DNA from: Perkinsus chesapeaki ATCC PRA-425
Taxonomy: Eukaryota > Protista > Perkinsozoa
Length of the DNA: 64,000 nt
Direction: 5' to 3'
Assembly: GCA_013115145.1 (NCBI GenBank)
Contig: JAAPAO010000001.1
Span: 1 to 64,000, forward strand
This document shows positions 12,374 through 28,885 of this stretch, piece by piece (within the stretch, counting starts at the first letter, position 1; each line of letters begins with the position of its first letter). Below the pieces are notes generated by a model. It searched no databases and was not told the origin of the DNA. It was given only the letters and a program-made list of their open reading frames with translations. The translations under genes and the position numbers were made by a program.

Positions 12374-15300
12374 ATGAGCAATCGTTATTATCAGATGAGG
12401 GCATCTCATGAGGAGCTGGGAACATCTAATCCCGGTCATGAGGGCAATACGAAGGGATCAGCGCTGCCACCGCCACTAAAAAGAAGGAGTAATAACCGCA
12501 GGCCATGGCTGATGTTAACTTGGCGACGAGCGCTGCTACCGATGCTAGTGGTTGTATGCCTCATTGGCCTTACTATTAATCATCCTAATTCTGTGGACTT
12601 AGTGGTATCTGGGGCTATGGTAAAAGCTCAGGACATCAGTTTGGCTGAAGAGGAGGAGGAGGAGGAGGAAGAAGAAGTTGATGATAGGAATAATAACATC
12701 GAGGTGGTTGCAGATGATGATGATGCGAAGGAGGATGAAGAAAGGTATGGTTACTGTGAAGCTCAGGGCCTGGAGGATGCTGGGGATGGCACTTGCAAGA
12801 ATCCGGATGTTTTAACGATCATCCGACGCCAACAGAAGGACCCTTCCTCCGACTCTTCTACCGAATCGACGTCGTCATCATCATCAAGCTCCTCCTCCGC
12901 CTCCTCTTCGTCTGCATCATCATCTGAGACTGGCTCAAGCTCGCTACCTAACCCTTTTGAATCTAAGGAGATGATGGACATTTTTAAGGACACTACAGAC
13001 TTTGTGGTATCTTTAGTTGATGGCAGGCTTATAGCCTTTGATGGTTGTGGTACTAAACTTTGGACATATACAGCCAAGTCACCAACGGTAGAGGCGCGCT
13101 TTAATGAAACTGCGGCTAAGGGCCTTGGAAGTGGTGATTGGGCCAGTCATTTTGCCGCGGATGATCCTACTAGAACACCGAGGATTGTGCCGGCGCTTGA
13201 TGGGACAGTATATATAGTCACACCCAATCCTCAGTCGCCGAGTCAGATAGTGTTTACGCACCTACCAACACTTCTGGAGGACATGGTCAGCGTTGCTCCC
13301 TTCTATAGCCCAGCATTTCCGGGGATGTATGTTACTGGTAGCAAGCTGCAAGGCGGCACTACAGTTGATTTCTCCAAGGTGGAATGGCACATACCATCGG
13401 GGCCATTGCCGAGGTATATGAAGAAGAACAAGCTTGTATTTGCCAGGCAGGAGTGGGCATTACATTCGCTGGCGGCCGAGGATTCGGAGGAGGTATGGCG
13501 GGCCAGTTACGCGGAGTTCCCTCCCGTCACGCATGAGCACCTGTTCGCTGGGACAGAGGTGAATGCCAGAGCTAGAGCACTGACTAGTGTCATTGGGATA
13601 TTGGATAATCAAACGAGTGTATATAAGAAGATAGCGGATCACAACAGATGTCCGACAATTCGACGGGCAGTAGAGGAGGGGCAGGCTTTGGACGAACCAT
13701 TAAAGCTGGTCTTTGACTCTCCTGTGGTAGGAGTATTTGCTGTTGTTAACCCTCAAGATACTCCAGCGAAGTTGGGTATGGTACCAGTGGCACACGCTGG
13801 TCCGTGGTGCCATGAGGTAATAAAGGGGGATTGCGGCTATCCTGACTGGGTGGTGTTGGCTCGTGGATAGTAGAACATGTTGGTAGTGTATTCCTGTGTC
13901 TTGTATAGAATTATCATATTCTCATAATAGTCATAGTGCCGAGTCGGGTCGTAGGCTGCCAGCTCGGCCTTTGATAGGTGTGCTGAGATGGTGTATTTAG
14001 TGGCTTTAGTTATCTTATATAGGGTAACCGATTCCCTGTAGTCTATAATAGTACTTGTGGCCTTTTATGAGATTATCATTTCGTAGTTGTTTTTCAGTTC
14101 CCTGGCTATGATAAGTTAACAATACCGTCATATGTTAACATGCCCCACGCCTATGATGGCAGACCACAGCTTTATCCACCATTCACCTATAACGACGGCC
14201 AAAGGGGGCGTCATCCTAGGGGCTCCGTCAAGGACGAGCAGCCTTACTATATGTACAAAAACAGACGGAGGAGTCCAGAGCCACTGCAGCTGGCACTGGA
14301 AGGAGGGGTTACTCTGGATGAGATGGCAAGTATTTTTATAAAGCTCAACGGTCCGAACCGGCTTTTCTTCGGGGGCCTGGGCGGCGACTACGATATGGGC
14401 GGCGGACCAGGCGGCCCGGGCGGTGGTCGTGCTGCTCCCCCGGGCCATGGATCATTTGGACAGCTTCCCGACGGCGGGGCTAACTACCATGATGAGTATA
14501 AAATTAGGCCTTTAAGTTTACCAGGCCCTGGTGGAAGCTACACGACCGTGGACCCAGCGAAGGTGCATTATCTCAATGACGTGGCGCGTAACACTTCTCT
14601 TCGAGAGTTCCTAGCCGTGAAGTATCAACATAACTACATAGTGCTGATCTTCCTCCTGGGTCTCATGGGCTTCGGCGCTGTGGTGTATCGGTTCATAGCT
14701 GGCTGGGTGCAGGTGTTTAAAGTGGTGGCCCCGGACGGAGAGGGTATGTCCCCTGGACTTGGACAGGATGATGATGAGATGAGTGAAGACGAGGAGATGG
14801 AGGATGGTGAAGATGATGCGGAGGACTCTGATTTCCTGTCTGCGGCGGCATCGATGGATTTGATAGAGCAACCGTATGACATGGGCAAGTTGTTGGATAT
14901 CAAGCAGGATATAATGTATATACCGGAATGGCAGGACATACTGCTGCAGACAAGTCTTAATAAGAGACTTCAGCAGTTCAACGATCTCACTAGAATAGCC
15001 TTCAAACACGGTGAGAGCGATGTCCGAACGCTTCATGGCGGAGTGCTGTTCCTTGGTCGCAATGTCGATGATCCGCAGTTCATCTTCCGCAACCCCAAGC
15101 AGGAGCTCAGTCAGAGGCCTAACGTACCCAAATACACTCAGGCGGTTAGGAACGCTGTTGCTGGAAATGCTATGAAGGAAGTGCGCTATTTGAAGGCCTA
15201 CTGCCCGAAGGCATGTGTGGCGAGTTGGAACACCTTCGAGGGGGTCATACAGGACTTTGTATGCAAGCATCCGACGGATTCACACGTCAGCTGCCGAGAC

Positions 15301-16794
15301 GTCGACCCAGAAGTTGCCAGAGATGCATCATTGATCATTATGGCATTGAGAGATACTGATGCTCATGAGGATAATATGATGAGAGATAAGCTTGGCAGGA
15401 TAGCTCTGTTCGACCTTGGGTGCGCACTGGCCGATAGACCATTGCCGAGGGACGACATGACCCAGGAGTACCTGGACAACTTTGCCTTCTGGCACCAGAC
15501 TCCACTGGTATTGGACGCCCCATTCACGTCTCAGCAAATCCGCTATCTGAAGTCCCTTGACTTTGAGAAGTTACGGAAGATCTGGTCCCACTTCAACTAC
15601 CCCGGCTACGTTGTGGCGGAGTGCGAGCGAGCTAGGCGGCGTGGAAGGCTGAGAAGATCTTCGCGAGGTCGGTCTAGGTCAGCACACACCAGATCCCATA
15701 GCACTAGCAGCCCGGGTGTGGTCCGCCAGGCTTTGGGATATTTAGTCAGTCCTCGGGCGGCTGGCAACACCAATTCGGAGGTGGAATCTGGCGGCAGTCC
15801 CACAGCAGCAACTCAACGACCACTGCTGCCTCTGGTGCTTCCTCAGCGAGTGGCTGGTCGGCGACCTCAGCCGTCGCAAGACGACCGTGGGAGCGATCGG
15901 GCGTCGTCCTCACCGAGCCCACCTGGGACGAGAGAGGGCTCTGAAGGGGAGACTGATAATGCTACGTCAAGTGGCGAGGAGGCCACTGTGCCGAGGAAGC
16001 CGGGATCGAATCGAAGGAGGGCGAGGGCAGAGACGTTTGCGGTGGCAAAAGTGTCAAGAGAATATGAACCGAGCAGCAACGAAAGCTGCAATCATAACGA
16101 TCATGATGAGACCACCGATGAAGAGTCTGTTGGAGACTACGATGAAGTAAGGATGGTACCAACAGTTGACATGGTCAATGTTATGGAGGCTAATGTAAGA
16201 TTCCTTTTGAGATGTGCGGAGACCGACAAGCCTATGCTGTTCGCTGCAGAGGTGAGCCTTCGCTTGTACTGTGGATGTGCTGTATGTAGTGTGGTTCAGG
16301 TTATGTATAGTGGCCTCTACGAGAGGGTATGGCATGACCTTCCGGGTGGGGTCACAGACTTTGAGAGCCTTGGTGACACGCTTGTCGACATTGCCAGCGT
16401 TGAATCAGTTTATGATATCTTCACGGATTGGGATGATAGAAGGACTGGCCACCGTCATGTTGATATGTTATGGGCCGGCCCACCGAGGCCTCTGCCTCTC
16501 TGCAATGGTCATCGTAATGGCGATGCCACCGACACCAGCTCCGACAAGCTCCTCTCCCCTGCCGACGAATCCATGTCGTGCCGTAGCGGTTCTGTGGCCT
16601 CGCGGTTCGACGGGGAAATTGAGATGGTTGGGTTCGACGATGACAATACAAGTGTTGAGATGGGGACGGCGGCTTCGGTAGCCAGCGGACGACCAGGTGG
16701 TGATGGTGTTACTACTAGTGAGAGCGAGGAAGGTGAAGCGAAGAAAAAGACGAAGAAAAATGTTACCATTAGAATCGGTAATACATTCACTTAA
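12374..16794 (+). CDS. Membrane protein: PERK/IRE1-like luminal domain + TM + type-II PI4-kinase-like domain
   Basis: N-terminal hydrophobic segment; luminal motifs VSLVDGRLIAFD..KLW, IVPALDG.VY, LVFARQEWALHSL..EEVW; TM helix YIVLIFLLGLMGFGAVVYRFIAGW; kinase motifs GVIQDF, DTDAHEDN, ALFDLGCAL, APFTSQQIRYLKSLD. The two long ORFs join in phase through introns 13800-13908, 13948-14000 and 14024-14097. Confidence 0.75.
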
Positions 16795-17097
16795 TTGTGT
16801 GGATGATTGGGTTTATCAGATACTGATATCCCTTCTGTTGTTGCTGCTGGTGCACCTTTTGACGGTCATCATCATCATCCAACTGATGAGGCTGATCATT
16901 AATTATCATCATTAGACCATCTATTCTCCTCCTTTATCATTTATATACCATAGACCTACCACCCACAGTAGCTGGATTCTGTCATCACCAATACTTTGAT
17001 TATCAGTACCATTGGCTGGAACGACGAGAAGGAAGAAGAAGAATAAGCAGACAAGATTGCTATCATATTTCCATTGTGTTCAACTTGGCTTTGCGTA

Positions 17098-18905
17098 ATG
17101 TCACATCATGGCCCCACTGAGTTGTTGTTGCACATGCATTCGCCATCTGGTGCTCTTAATGCTACAGCTGCAGCGCCGGCGGCGGCGGCGGTCACTGCGC
17201 CAGATGATGATATAATACCTATTATCTGGGAACCTGGTGAAAGCGACTTTGTTGCTGGCAGGCCGCATTCGGCGAAGTACTGGTCTGGTATCATACTTTT
17301 TGTAAGCAGTGCCCTCATCATCTGCTGCTGCTGCCATGCCTCAATCTCGATAGGTGATCGCCTATATCATCCTCGTACCGGGTCTCTCCATCAACCTTTA
17401 CAGCTACAGCTTCTTCGGTACCGAGATAACTAAGTCAACCATCACTACTATAACTTTGCTTTGGAACGATGGCTACACCCTCCCAGCTGTCCTCTTAGCC
17501 TTCTTTGCTCTCGTGGTAGGCATCTGTACTCCATCAACCCAACTCAACTGCTTACTCAGGTGCCAACAGTGAAGTTGTTGTTGTGGAGGCTATCGGTTTA
17601 CTACCAGAACCCTCATCTCATCCATGTGGTGCAATATATATCTAAATGGGCCACCGTAGATGCCATCGTAGTGGCCTTCTTGATGGGCTTCCTTTCTGTG
17701 GCCGTTGACGTAGCCCAGACCTCACCGTAGCTGCTGCCACAGCCGTTTCCTTAGGGTCTCATAACGACACAGCTGCACGCTGGCTTCCCCTGTTTTGTCG
17801 GCTACTGTCTGATCTCCACGGCGGCGGCCATGCTGGTCCATGCTGTCCCTAGAGACCGCGAGGATACATCTCCAGTAGTCGCATCACTCTCTTGCGCTGT
17901 GTACAGTTGTGTACATGGTGCAGATTAAGCCCGAGTGGCGTCGTGTGCTAACGTTGCTAATCAACGGATTAGCCCTCACCTGTTGGGCCGTAGCATCGCA
18001 TACAAGGTAAGTTCTGTAGGAAAGCTCCTTGGAGGCTCTCGTTGCGGTATTTTTCAGCTCAAGCACTCGTAGACTTTAAATCTTAAGTGTGACCAATTGC
18101 GAGGAAAATGGTGGAATAAACGCGCTGCAGAGACGACTGTTTGGTTCTCAGAATTGTCCGAACGAGCCGGTTGGTTTACTGATTCATATGTCGCTTTCGG
18201 TCCCGCTATGTCATTCAATGGCTTTAGGAATCAGTTGCATGTGTTACGATCTTTCCTATTAGCCAAGTTGTCCTCCCATTTCCATTTGTCAGTTTCTGTG
18301 CTTTGGCTATCACACTGAATGGTAAGGACATCGACAAAAGAGACATAAGCCTCTGGAATGCCATGGGCATATTATATCAGAATCATCCAGTGGCCTTACC
18401 AGTCCTACTTGTCTTTGTATGGGCCCTGCCGGCTTTTGAGTAACCCTATATCGCCGCCGCCGCAGTTCGTTCTGCTAAGATCCCTGTCAGATCCCTCCTG
18501 TGGGTGATAGTGTCCTTGGCGCCTTCGACGGCAGTGAGGCTCTGTCCGGCCATCACCGTTCGCAGTCCGATCGGTCGCTCGTGCTGGGGGCTTGCAAGCT
18601 GGTTGAGGCAGCTTCGATTCTGGGTCATGTGGGACGTGGCCACAGTGAGCATCTTGGTGATGAACTCGGCCTTGAACTCCACCGATAAGTTGCGCTGCGA
18701 GGTCTACTGGGCTCCATACTGTCTCTGGTGGATGACAATGGTAGGTTTGCCTTGGCCATATCACTGTATCCAGCCGTGTCAGATCCTCATGTACACGGGA
18801 AGGTGGATTGGTGATGACTTTCTAAAGCTTGTAACATCAAGATTGCAAGGGGCGCCGATCAGGACGGTTAATGTTGTCTACCAGAATGTTACGTCGGCCA
18901 TATAA
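17098..18905 (+). CDS. Polytopic membrane protein with two PqiA-like (paraquat-inducible protein A) repeats
   Basis: Repeat 1: TKSTITTITLLWNDGY..PAVLLAFFALV..ISKWATVDAIVVAF..QLHAGFPCFVGYC. Repeat 2: DISLWNAMGILY..LRQLRFWVMWDVATVSIL..EVYWAPYCL. Both resemble the PqiA W(S/A)M.D(V/I)F(V/L)V motif. Several introns. Confidence 0.65.
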
Positions 18906-19025
18906 AACGACATGCTCACCGTACCCTGTACAATTGCAAGTCCAGTAAATGTGCCTAGTTTTTTCTCGCCATGAAGCGTAGAGTTGTTGGAGAGCATTCC
19001 GTCACGCGCCAGCAAATACCCTCCC

Positions 19026-19774
19026 ATGTCCGAGCCATCTTCCCCAGCAGCCTCCGACATCACAGATAGTCTTATCATTATCAACGAGGCCGCCGTGGTG
19101 ACTCCATTTCCGGAGGAGGATACCTCTCTTGCCTCGGGAGAGTGTTCGGTTTGCCATCGGACACCGGCCACGGGAATGGTGCGTTTACACGCTGCTGTTC
19201 ACCCTACTGGGAATCCAGGTCCCACTGGTCGCTTGCCGGCATCCTATTTGTCGCCGATGCTGTCAGCTTGCACTTGAGCCAACAATAGGATGCGCGGATT
19301 GTGGAGCTGTATCACCAGTGCCCGTCCTTGATGGGGAAGTGTCAGAGGTTTCCTCGGTGACCAGTACGTCTTCGAGGTGAGTTGTTCGACCGCATCTGTT
19401 ATCCACCTCTCACTTTCAGTCCTGTCTCGACCCCTACACTTCACTTCTCCCTATGGACATCGGTTACAGCTGGTGTCACGCTAGCCTTCGCTGCATGGGC
19501 GCTGGCAGAGCTTGTGGCAACTAGAAGAGGGAAAGCTCCGAAGGCCTTGATGAACAGTATAAAAGGAGCTACAACTGCTGCCGTGTCACCATTTAAGGTA
19601 GGTACGGTGGCCGCCAATCTTGCACTCTCTCCATTTCAGATTTCAACTGTGACCGCCGCTGGCAGACTCTCTACTGCGTCTGTGATGTACACAAGTCTGG
19701 CAGTCTTCCGCAGCCGTGGCACAGCATCGTCTGTGGTGTCCACCCTTTACACAAGATCATCTAGACCGGTCTAG
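19026..19774 (+). CDS. RING-HC finger protein with C-terminal hydrophobic/TM segment
   Basis: CSVC..(intron)..CRHPICRRC..CADC gives a C3HC4 pattern, followed by LWTSVTAGVTLAFAAWALAELV. Confidence 0.65.
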
Positions 19775-19903
19775 TGGAACCATTCTTGCTCGGCTATGCG
19801 AGCCATCGATGTGTAGTTTTAATCAGTGTTCTGGCGGAGTGTTGAGTTACCGATAGGAGTGCGGGGCAGAGGGCGCACCTTTGGAGTTGATTTGGCAATA
19901 GTG

Positions 19904-20747
19904 ATGGACGGTCGCCGAGGAAGGCCTTCGACCGCTCCCGCTCGCTCGAACGAGAGAATCACGAGACTTTTGCAAACGCGACGGATGAAGCAACCTCGTA
20001 TCTTGAAAAAGTGGGAGGATGTCGAGCGTCCTGTTGTGAAGCCCAGTGAGTGGTTATGCTGTTCAATCTGAGAGTAACACTCGCCATCAGAGGTGGTGGA
20101 GTTAACCAGAGTGCAGAGCTGGTTGAAGAGGCGCAACATGCCTGGTACAAGGAAGCTCACCTTTGTTGAAGAGCAGGACCTCAGACGTACCGACCACAAT
20201 AACACTTGATACGGTGAACTTGTTGGTTCAGGCCTCTTTAGGATGTTGGATGCTCGTGGGGAAGGTGTGGTACCATCGGCTATAGTAGGGAGTACTCCGC
20301 TGTGTTTGAGAAGGCTGTGTTGTGGGTGTAGGTACAAGCTTTGTTATCCAGCCTTAATGAGTATGAAAGTGAAGGAAACGATCGGGAGAAGCGAGAGTCA
20401 TATTACCAACTCGGGAGAAGTATGAACGAGACGGACTTTGTGCGGCTTATGGAAGGCAGGCCTGGTGGGGTTGATGGTGTAAGCTCATCTGTCATACCAG
20501 TCGATGTGAGAAATCAGCATCAATAATGATATGGGTTATGGTGCTTCATTAGATCGCTGTGGCGGCGGCTTATAGACGGTACGAACTCAACAAGATGAGC
20601 ACCACAGCAAAGGCATTGACAGAGCATCTGACCATGCTGGCCACGAGACTGCGAAGCAGGAGGGATATTGGTGGGGAGGCCTGGCCAAGGGATGCTCCGG
20701 ATACAGTAGAATCTATCTCTGATAGACCATGTCTGGGGACAAACTAA
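19904..20747 (+). CDS. Hypothetical multi-exon protein with a degenerate EF-hand-like motif
   Basis: Spliced EEQDLRR/LFRMLDARGEGVV resembles an EF-hand helix-loop; canonical splice sites link the plus-strand fragments. Confidence 0.4.
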
Positions 20748-21242
20748 TCCCACCGGGGTACAGCTATTCTCACCGCCAAGGCCAGAGCAGCAGCAGCAGC
20801 GTAACGGCGGTCTTAAGTCAACTAGATCACTTCAGTGTCATCTGCCGATAACGGGACATGTTGCACAACCGCCCAAAGAGGAGATGGAGAGTCGGCAACA
20901 TGAAGGGTGAACTCACAAGGGAGGTTTGCTGCCGCATGCTTCTCCATAAGGCTCTGTATTTACTTCAAGGACACAGCGAGCGGCGGCCAGATTTGGGAAT
21001 ACTGGCCACCACTCAAGTCGAAGCCGAGCAAGAGCCACGCGGCTCGTGTCGGGTCCCGTGGTGTCCGCCATGTTCGAACATGTATAACAACAGGAGAGGT
21101 AGGTAAGGACGATTGTGAAGGTGATGGTTTATTAATGATAAATATATTCGTGAAGATCAATTGGTTGAACATTTCATCTCATACGAAGCCATGTGCAGCT
21201 GACGTTTGGCGGTGTGAGCTTAGGTTCATTTAATACAGGCAA

Positions 21243-22463
21243 ATGGTCACCTTTGCACCTTCGATCCCGACGCTGGGGTATTTCAGCAGCACTGCTTTCC
21301 ACAAAGTGACGATATCGGTCTTCCCTACAGATGGGCCACATCAGCCAGAACGACAAGTGCCCTGTAAATTGCCGGCCTCGGACCCCCTTCCCTATGTTCA
21401 AGCTCCCAGGTATCTTAGCTCGAAGCCTGCTTCCGGATCCCATGACTGGGAGATATGTTGGACCATACCGAGTAGCCCGAAGAGATGGGGCGAAACACGT
21501 TCCACAGGTGACAAGCATTCTCTTGCTCGGAACATCGTATCACCCCTCCGATCAGTCCCATGCCGTGTAGAGAGTCCGCTGCCTCCCGCCAAGGCTGGGC
21601 GAAGCGTCGACCTTTCCGAGTACTTCCAGCAGCGCTGCCCCGTTTCCATCGTCGATGTTGCCGAGACCTCGAGCTCTGTTTACTGGCTCCTTGGCAATGG
21701 TTCTGTCATTCACCTTTCTGACCGTCACCTATTCGCTCGTGTCAAGCCCCGTGGTACAACCGAGAACAGCATGCCTCCGAACAAGCTTGCAAAGATATCC
21801 TTGCCGGCCACCAAAGATTTCCTGCATACTCTATTTGAGGACCCCTTCCTGGCTCCCAGAGCACGAATGCTATCTATTCGCCGAGCAGTGTCGTCTATCG
21901 CTGCTGGATGGAAACATGCCCTATTCCTCTCCCATCAAGGAGGAGCCGTCTTCGGACTCGGCGACAACACCAGAGGTCAGCTTGGTCTTCCCGAAGGCAG
22001 ATTTGTAGCAACGGCGCCGATCCAGTTGACCTCACTCGGCAAGCTAACTGTGAAAAGCATTGCCTGCGGTGGACTGTTCTCTCTTTGCCTCGGTCAAGAT
22101 GGTACCATCAGTGCATTTGGGTGCAGTCGTAAAGGTCAACTCGGCTGTGGGAATGTGGCATCTTCGCCGACATCTCCGGCATGCTTGACCCTACCCGATG
22201 GTGCTTCACTCATCTCCTGCGCCCCCGAAACAGCGTGTGCTCTCACCAAGACCGGTCGTCTGTTCGTGTGGGGTGCCTTCCATGCAAAAGGGGAACTCCC
22301 AGACCCTGCTGGGTCATCCATCCGAGAGGTCCGAACTACTACTAATCATTTTGAACCCGTTGAGATTCCCCTCAAAAGGGGAAGCGATGGCCATCTCCCT
22401 GCGGGCAATCCACCACGGCAACTTGCTGTCACCAGCTCTACCATTTTCCTTCTGTTCACATAG
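21243..22463 (+). CDS. RCC1-repeat (beta-propeller) protein; upstream exons likely from about 20885
   Basis: SIAAGWKHALFL..VFGLGDNTRGQLG, SIACGGLFSLCL..ISAFGCSRKGQLG, ISCAPETACALTKTGRLFVWG. Confidence 0.85.
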   Translation: MVTFAPSIPTLGYFSSTAFHKVTISVFPTDGPHQPERQVPCKLPASDPLPYVQAPRYLSSKPASGSHDWEICWTIPSSPKRWGETRSTGDKHSLARNIVSPLRSVPCRVESPLPPAKAGRSVDLSEYFQQRCPVSIVDVAETSSSVYWLLGNGSVIHLSDRHLFARVKPRGTTENSMPPNKLAKISLPATKDFLHTLFEDPFLAPRARMLSIRRAVSSIAAGWKHALFLSHQGGAVFGLGDNTRGQLGLPEGRFVATAPIQLTSLGKLTVKSIACGGLFSLCLGQDGTISAFGCSRKGQLGCGNVASSPTSPACLTLPDGASLISCAPETACALTKTGRLFVWGAFHAKGELPDPAGSSIREVRTTTNHFEPVEIPLKRGSDGHLPAGNPPRQLAVTSSTIFLLFT

Positions 22464-23362
22464 AGTATTCACTAACAAGTATAAGTACTGCCTTTCTCAG
22501 CGTGCAGGCATGTTTACCTTGTTCATACTTCACGTAACATGATCTTGAGAGTCACCATTGAGCAGTGTTGTGTTCCCAATATAACAGGGCATTTCATGGT
22601 TCATTTTACTCCGAAGGGATCGAACGTTAGTTCCATTTTACCCTAATAGCGACTGGTGAACAGTAAAGTGTAAGCATTTCATACACCTCCCTGTTTCCCC
22701 CCGAGCAGCACATCCCCGCCAGGCTCAAGTCCTATTCCGACTAGGCGTTGGATTGAGCGAAGTTGTTCCTTCGTGCACCAATCGTCGTTGCTAAGGATGA
22801 GAATTGCCTCGGTCTCTCTGCGTAGGGGGGTTCTTTTGTTCGCTCCCGAAAGTATTAGCTAGCCCGGATAACAAATAATTTGTTTACGTTAGCTCTGTTA
22901 TATATATGCCCTCATCTGAATCGGTATCATTTCCCATCATTTTCCTGTGTGATCTTTCTAACCCTTCCACAAGTCAAGTCTGAGCTACGGGATGGGGATT
23001 GGCAGCATTATCTATCCCACGGGATTCTCTTTGCCTATCAAAGCCCTAAACCTGGCCTTTTTGCCCCTCAGATGCTCTGGTTCATGTCAAGGCTCGACTA
23101 CCCGACTGAAGGTGGGAGTGCCATCGCTGCAGTTGTTAACATGCGCTCTTGTATTTCCCGCGCGCCATGAAATTGTCATCCTGCGCCGCCTTTCTGCGCG
23201 ACTAGCACGCATGCAGCTGTCGCTGTGATAATGTGCCTGTTGAGTTGCAGCTATACAATGACGGAGGGCCGGTAGGGAAGTCTGAACCTTAGAAGTTTCC
23301 GAAAGGGTGGATTTTTGGATACGGGATGGTCCAGGATTTCGATGCTTCTGTTGTACCACTAA

Positions 23363-27902
<4,540 letters not shown>

Positions 27903-28123
27903 GATCGGCAGTTTTGCCCAATCGACGGCGGCTTTTCAGAGCGACCAATCTACGCGGCGTTCTCCGATCGATCCTTGGCATGAAGGCACTCAATTCGAAA
28001 GAAAGAGGCATACACACCAGAGCAGCAGCAGTAGGCGGTATCACCAAAGTGAGTCTATCGTTTATGAAGTGCCCTACCTAATCCACTTAGTCCCCCACTG
28101 CCCCATCTCCCTCCTCCAATAGG

Positions 28124-28526
28124 ATGGCTAAGTCCGGTACATTGAAGCAAGCGAGCTTCATTCTCACCGGTGGTTACATCATTCTCTATCTTTCGTGCAT
28201 CCTGCGCCTCGCAGGCACGCACGAATCGCTGGGGAAATTCCAGATTGGTCACGAAATGCCAATCGATGAATCGCTATCGAAGGCTCAATTGGCTCTGGCG
28301 CAAGCGACCGATCTTGGTGTAAGCGATTTACCAGAAGAAGCGTAAGTCCCTCGATGGGTTCGACAAGTCTATTACTGAATGTAGGCTCGTCCGTGATTGC
28401 ATTAACGTACATGCTCAAGTGGCTGAAATCGAACTGTCCCGTGGGAAAAAGGAATGTATATCTAATATCGTCGAAGGTCAAACAAACAGTACATTATGGA
28501 GGGCAACATTTGCAAGGAATATTTGA
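28124..28526 (+). CDS. Small hypothetical protein (about 105 aa, 2 introns)
   Basis: Phase-consistent splice MAKSGTLKQASFILT/GTHESLGKF..LPEE/ALVRDCINVHAQVAEIEL..; no family recognised. Confidence 0.35.
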
Positions 28527-28885
28527 AGCTCAATAACCAACAAAAACAGTTTCCTAGAGCAGTACGATCTCATCTGATTGTTATTCAGTAATAGTCTCAT
28601 TTATAAGTCTCTTCTATTTGATGAGCGGTTGTGTTCTCACAGTACCCATTTGTTCCACGAAAACTACGAAGCGATTGGCTTGATTTGACGTGATTTCACT
28701 TGCAGTGTCCTATATTAGTGCGCATTCACGGAGAACCAAAACCAATTCACAAGTGAGACGAAAAACTCCTTTGACATTTACTTGAAAGAAGACTGTACGG
28801 AATGAGTCAATACTGATCACTCACACCGCGGGGTAACACTTTCTGTATATCACCGTAAGATGATATTTCGGGCAAGGCTACTGGC

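Noticed and set aside
12645-12935. GAG and TCN trinucleotide runs
   Set aside because: In-frame poly-Glu/Asp and poly-Ser low-complexity coding sequence, common in such proteins.
22590-22645. Minus-strand words resembling the U6 5' end (CCCTTCGG, TAAAAT.GAAC) between 8-bp repeats
   Set aside because: No ACAGAGA box or U6 internal stem-loop follows.
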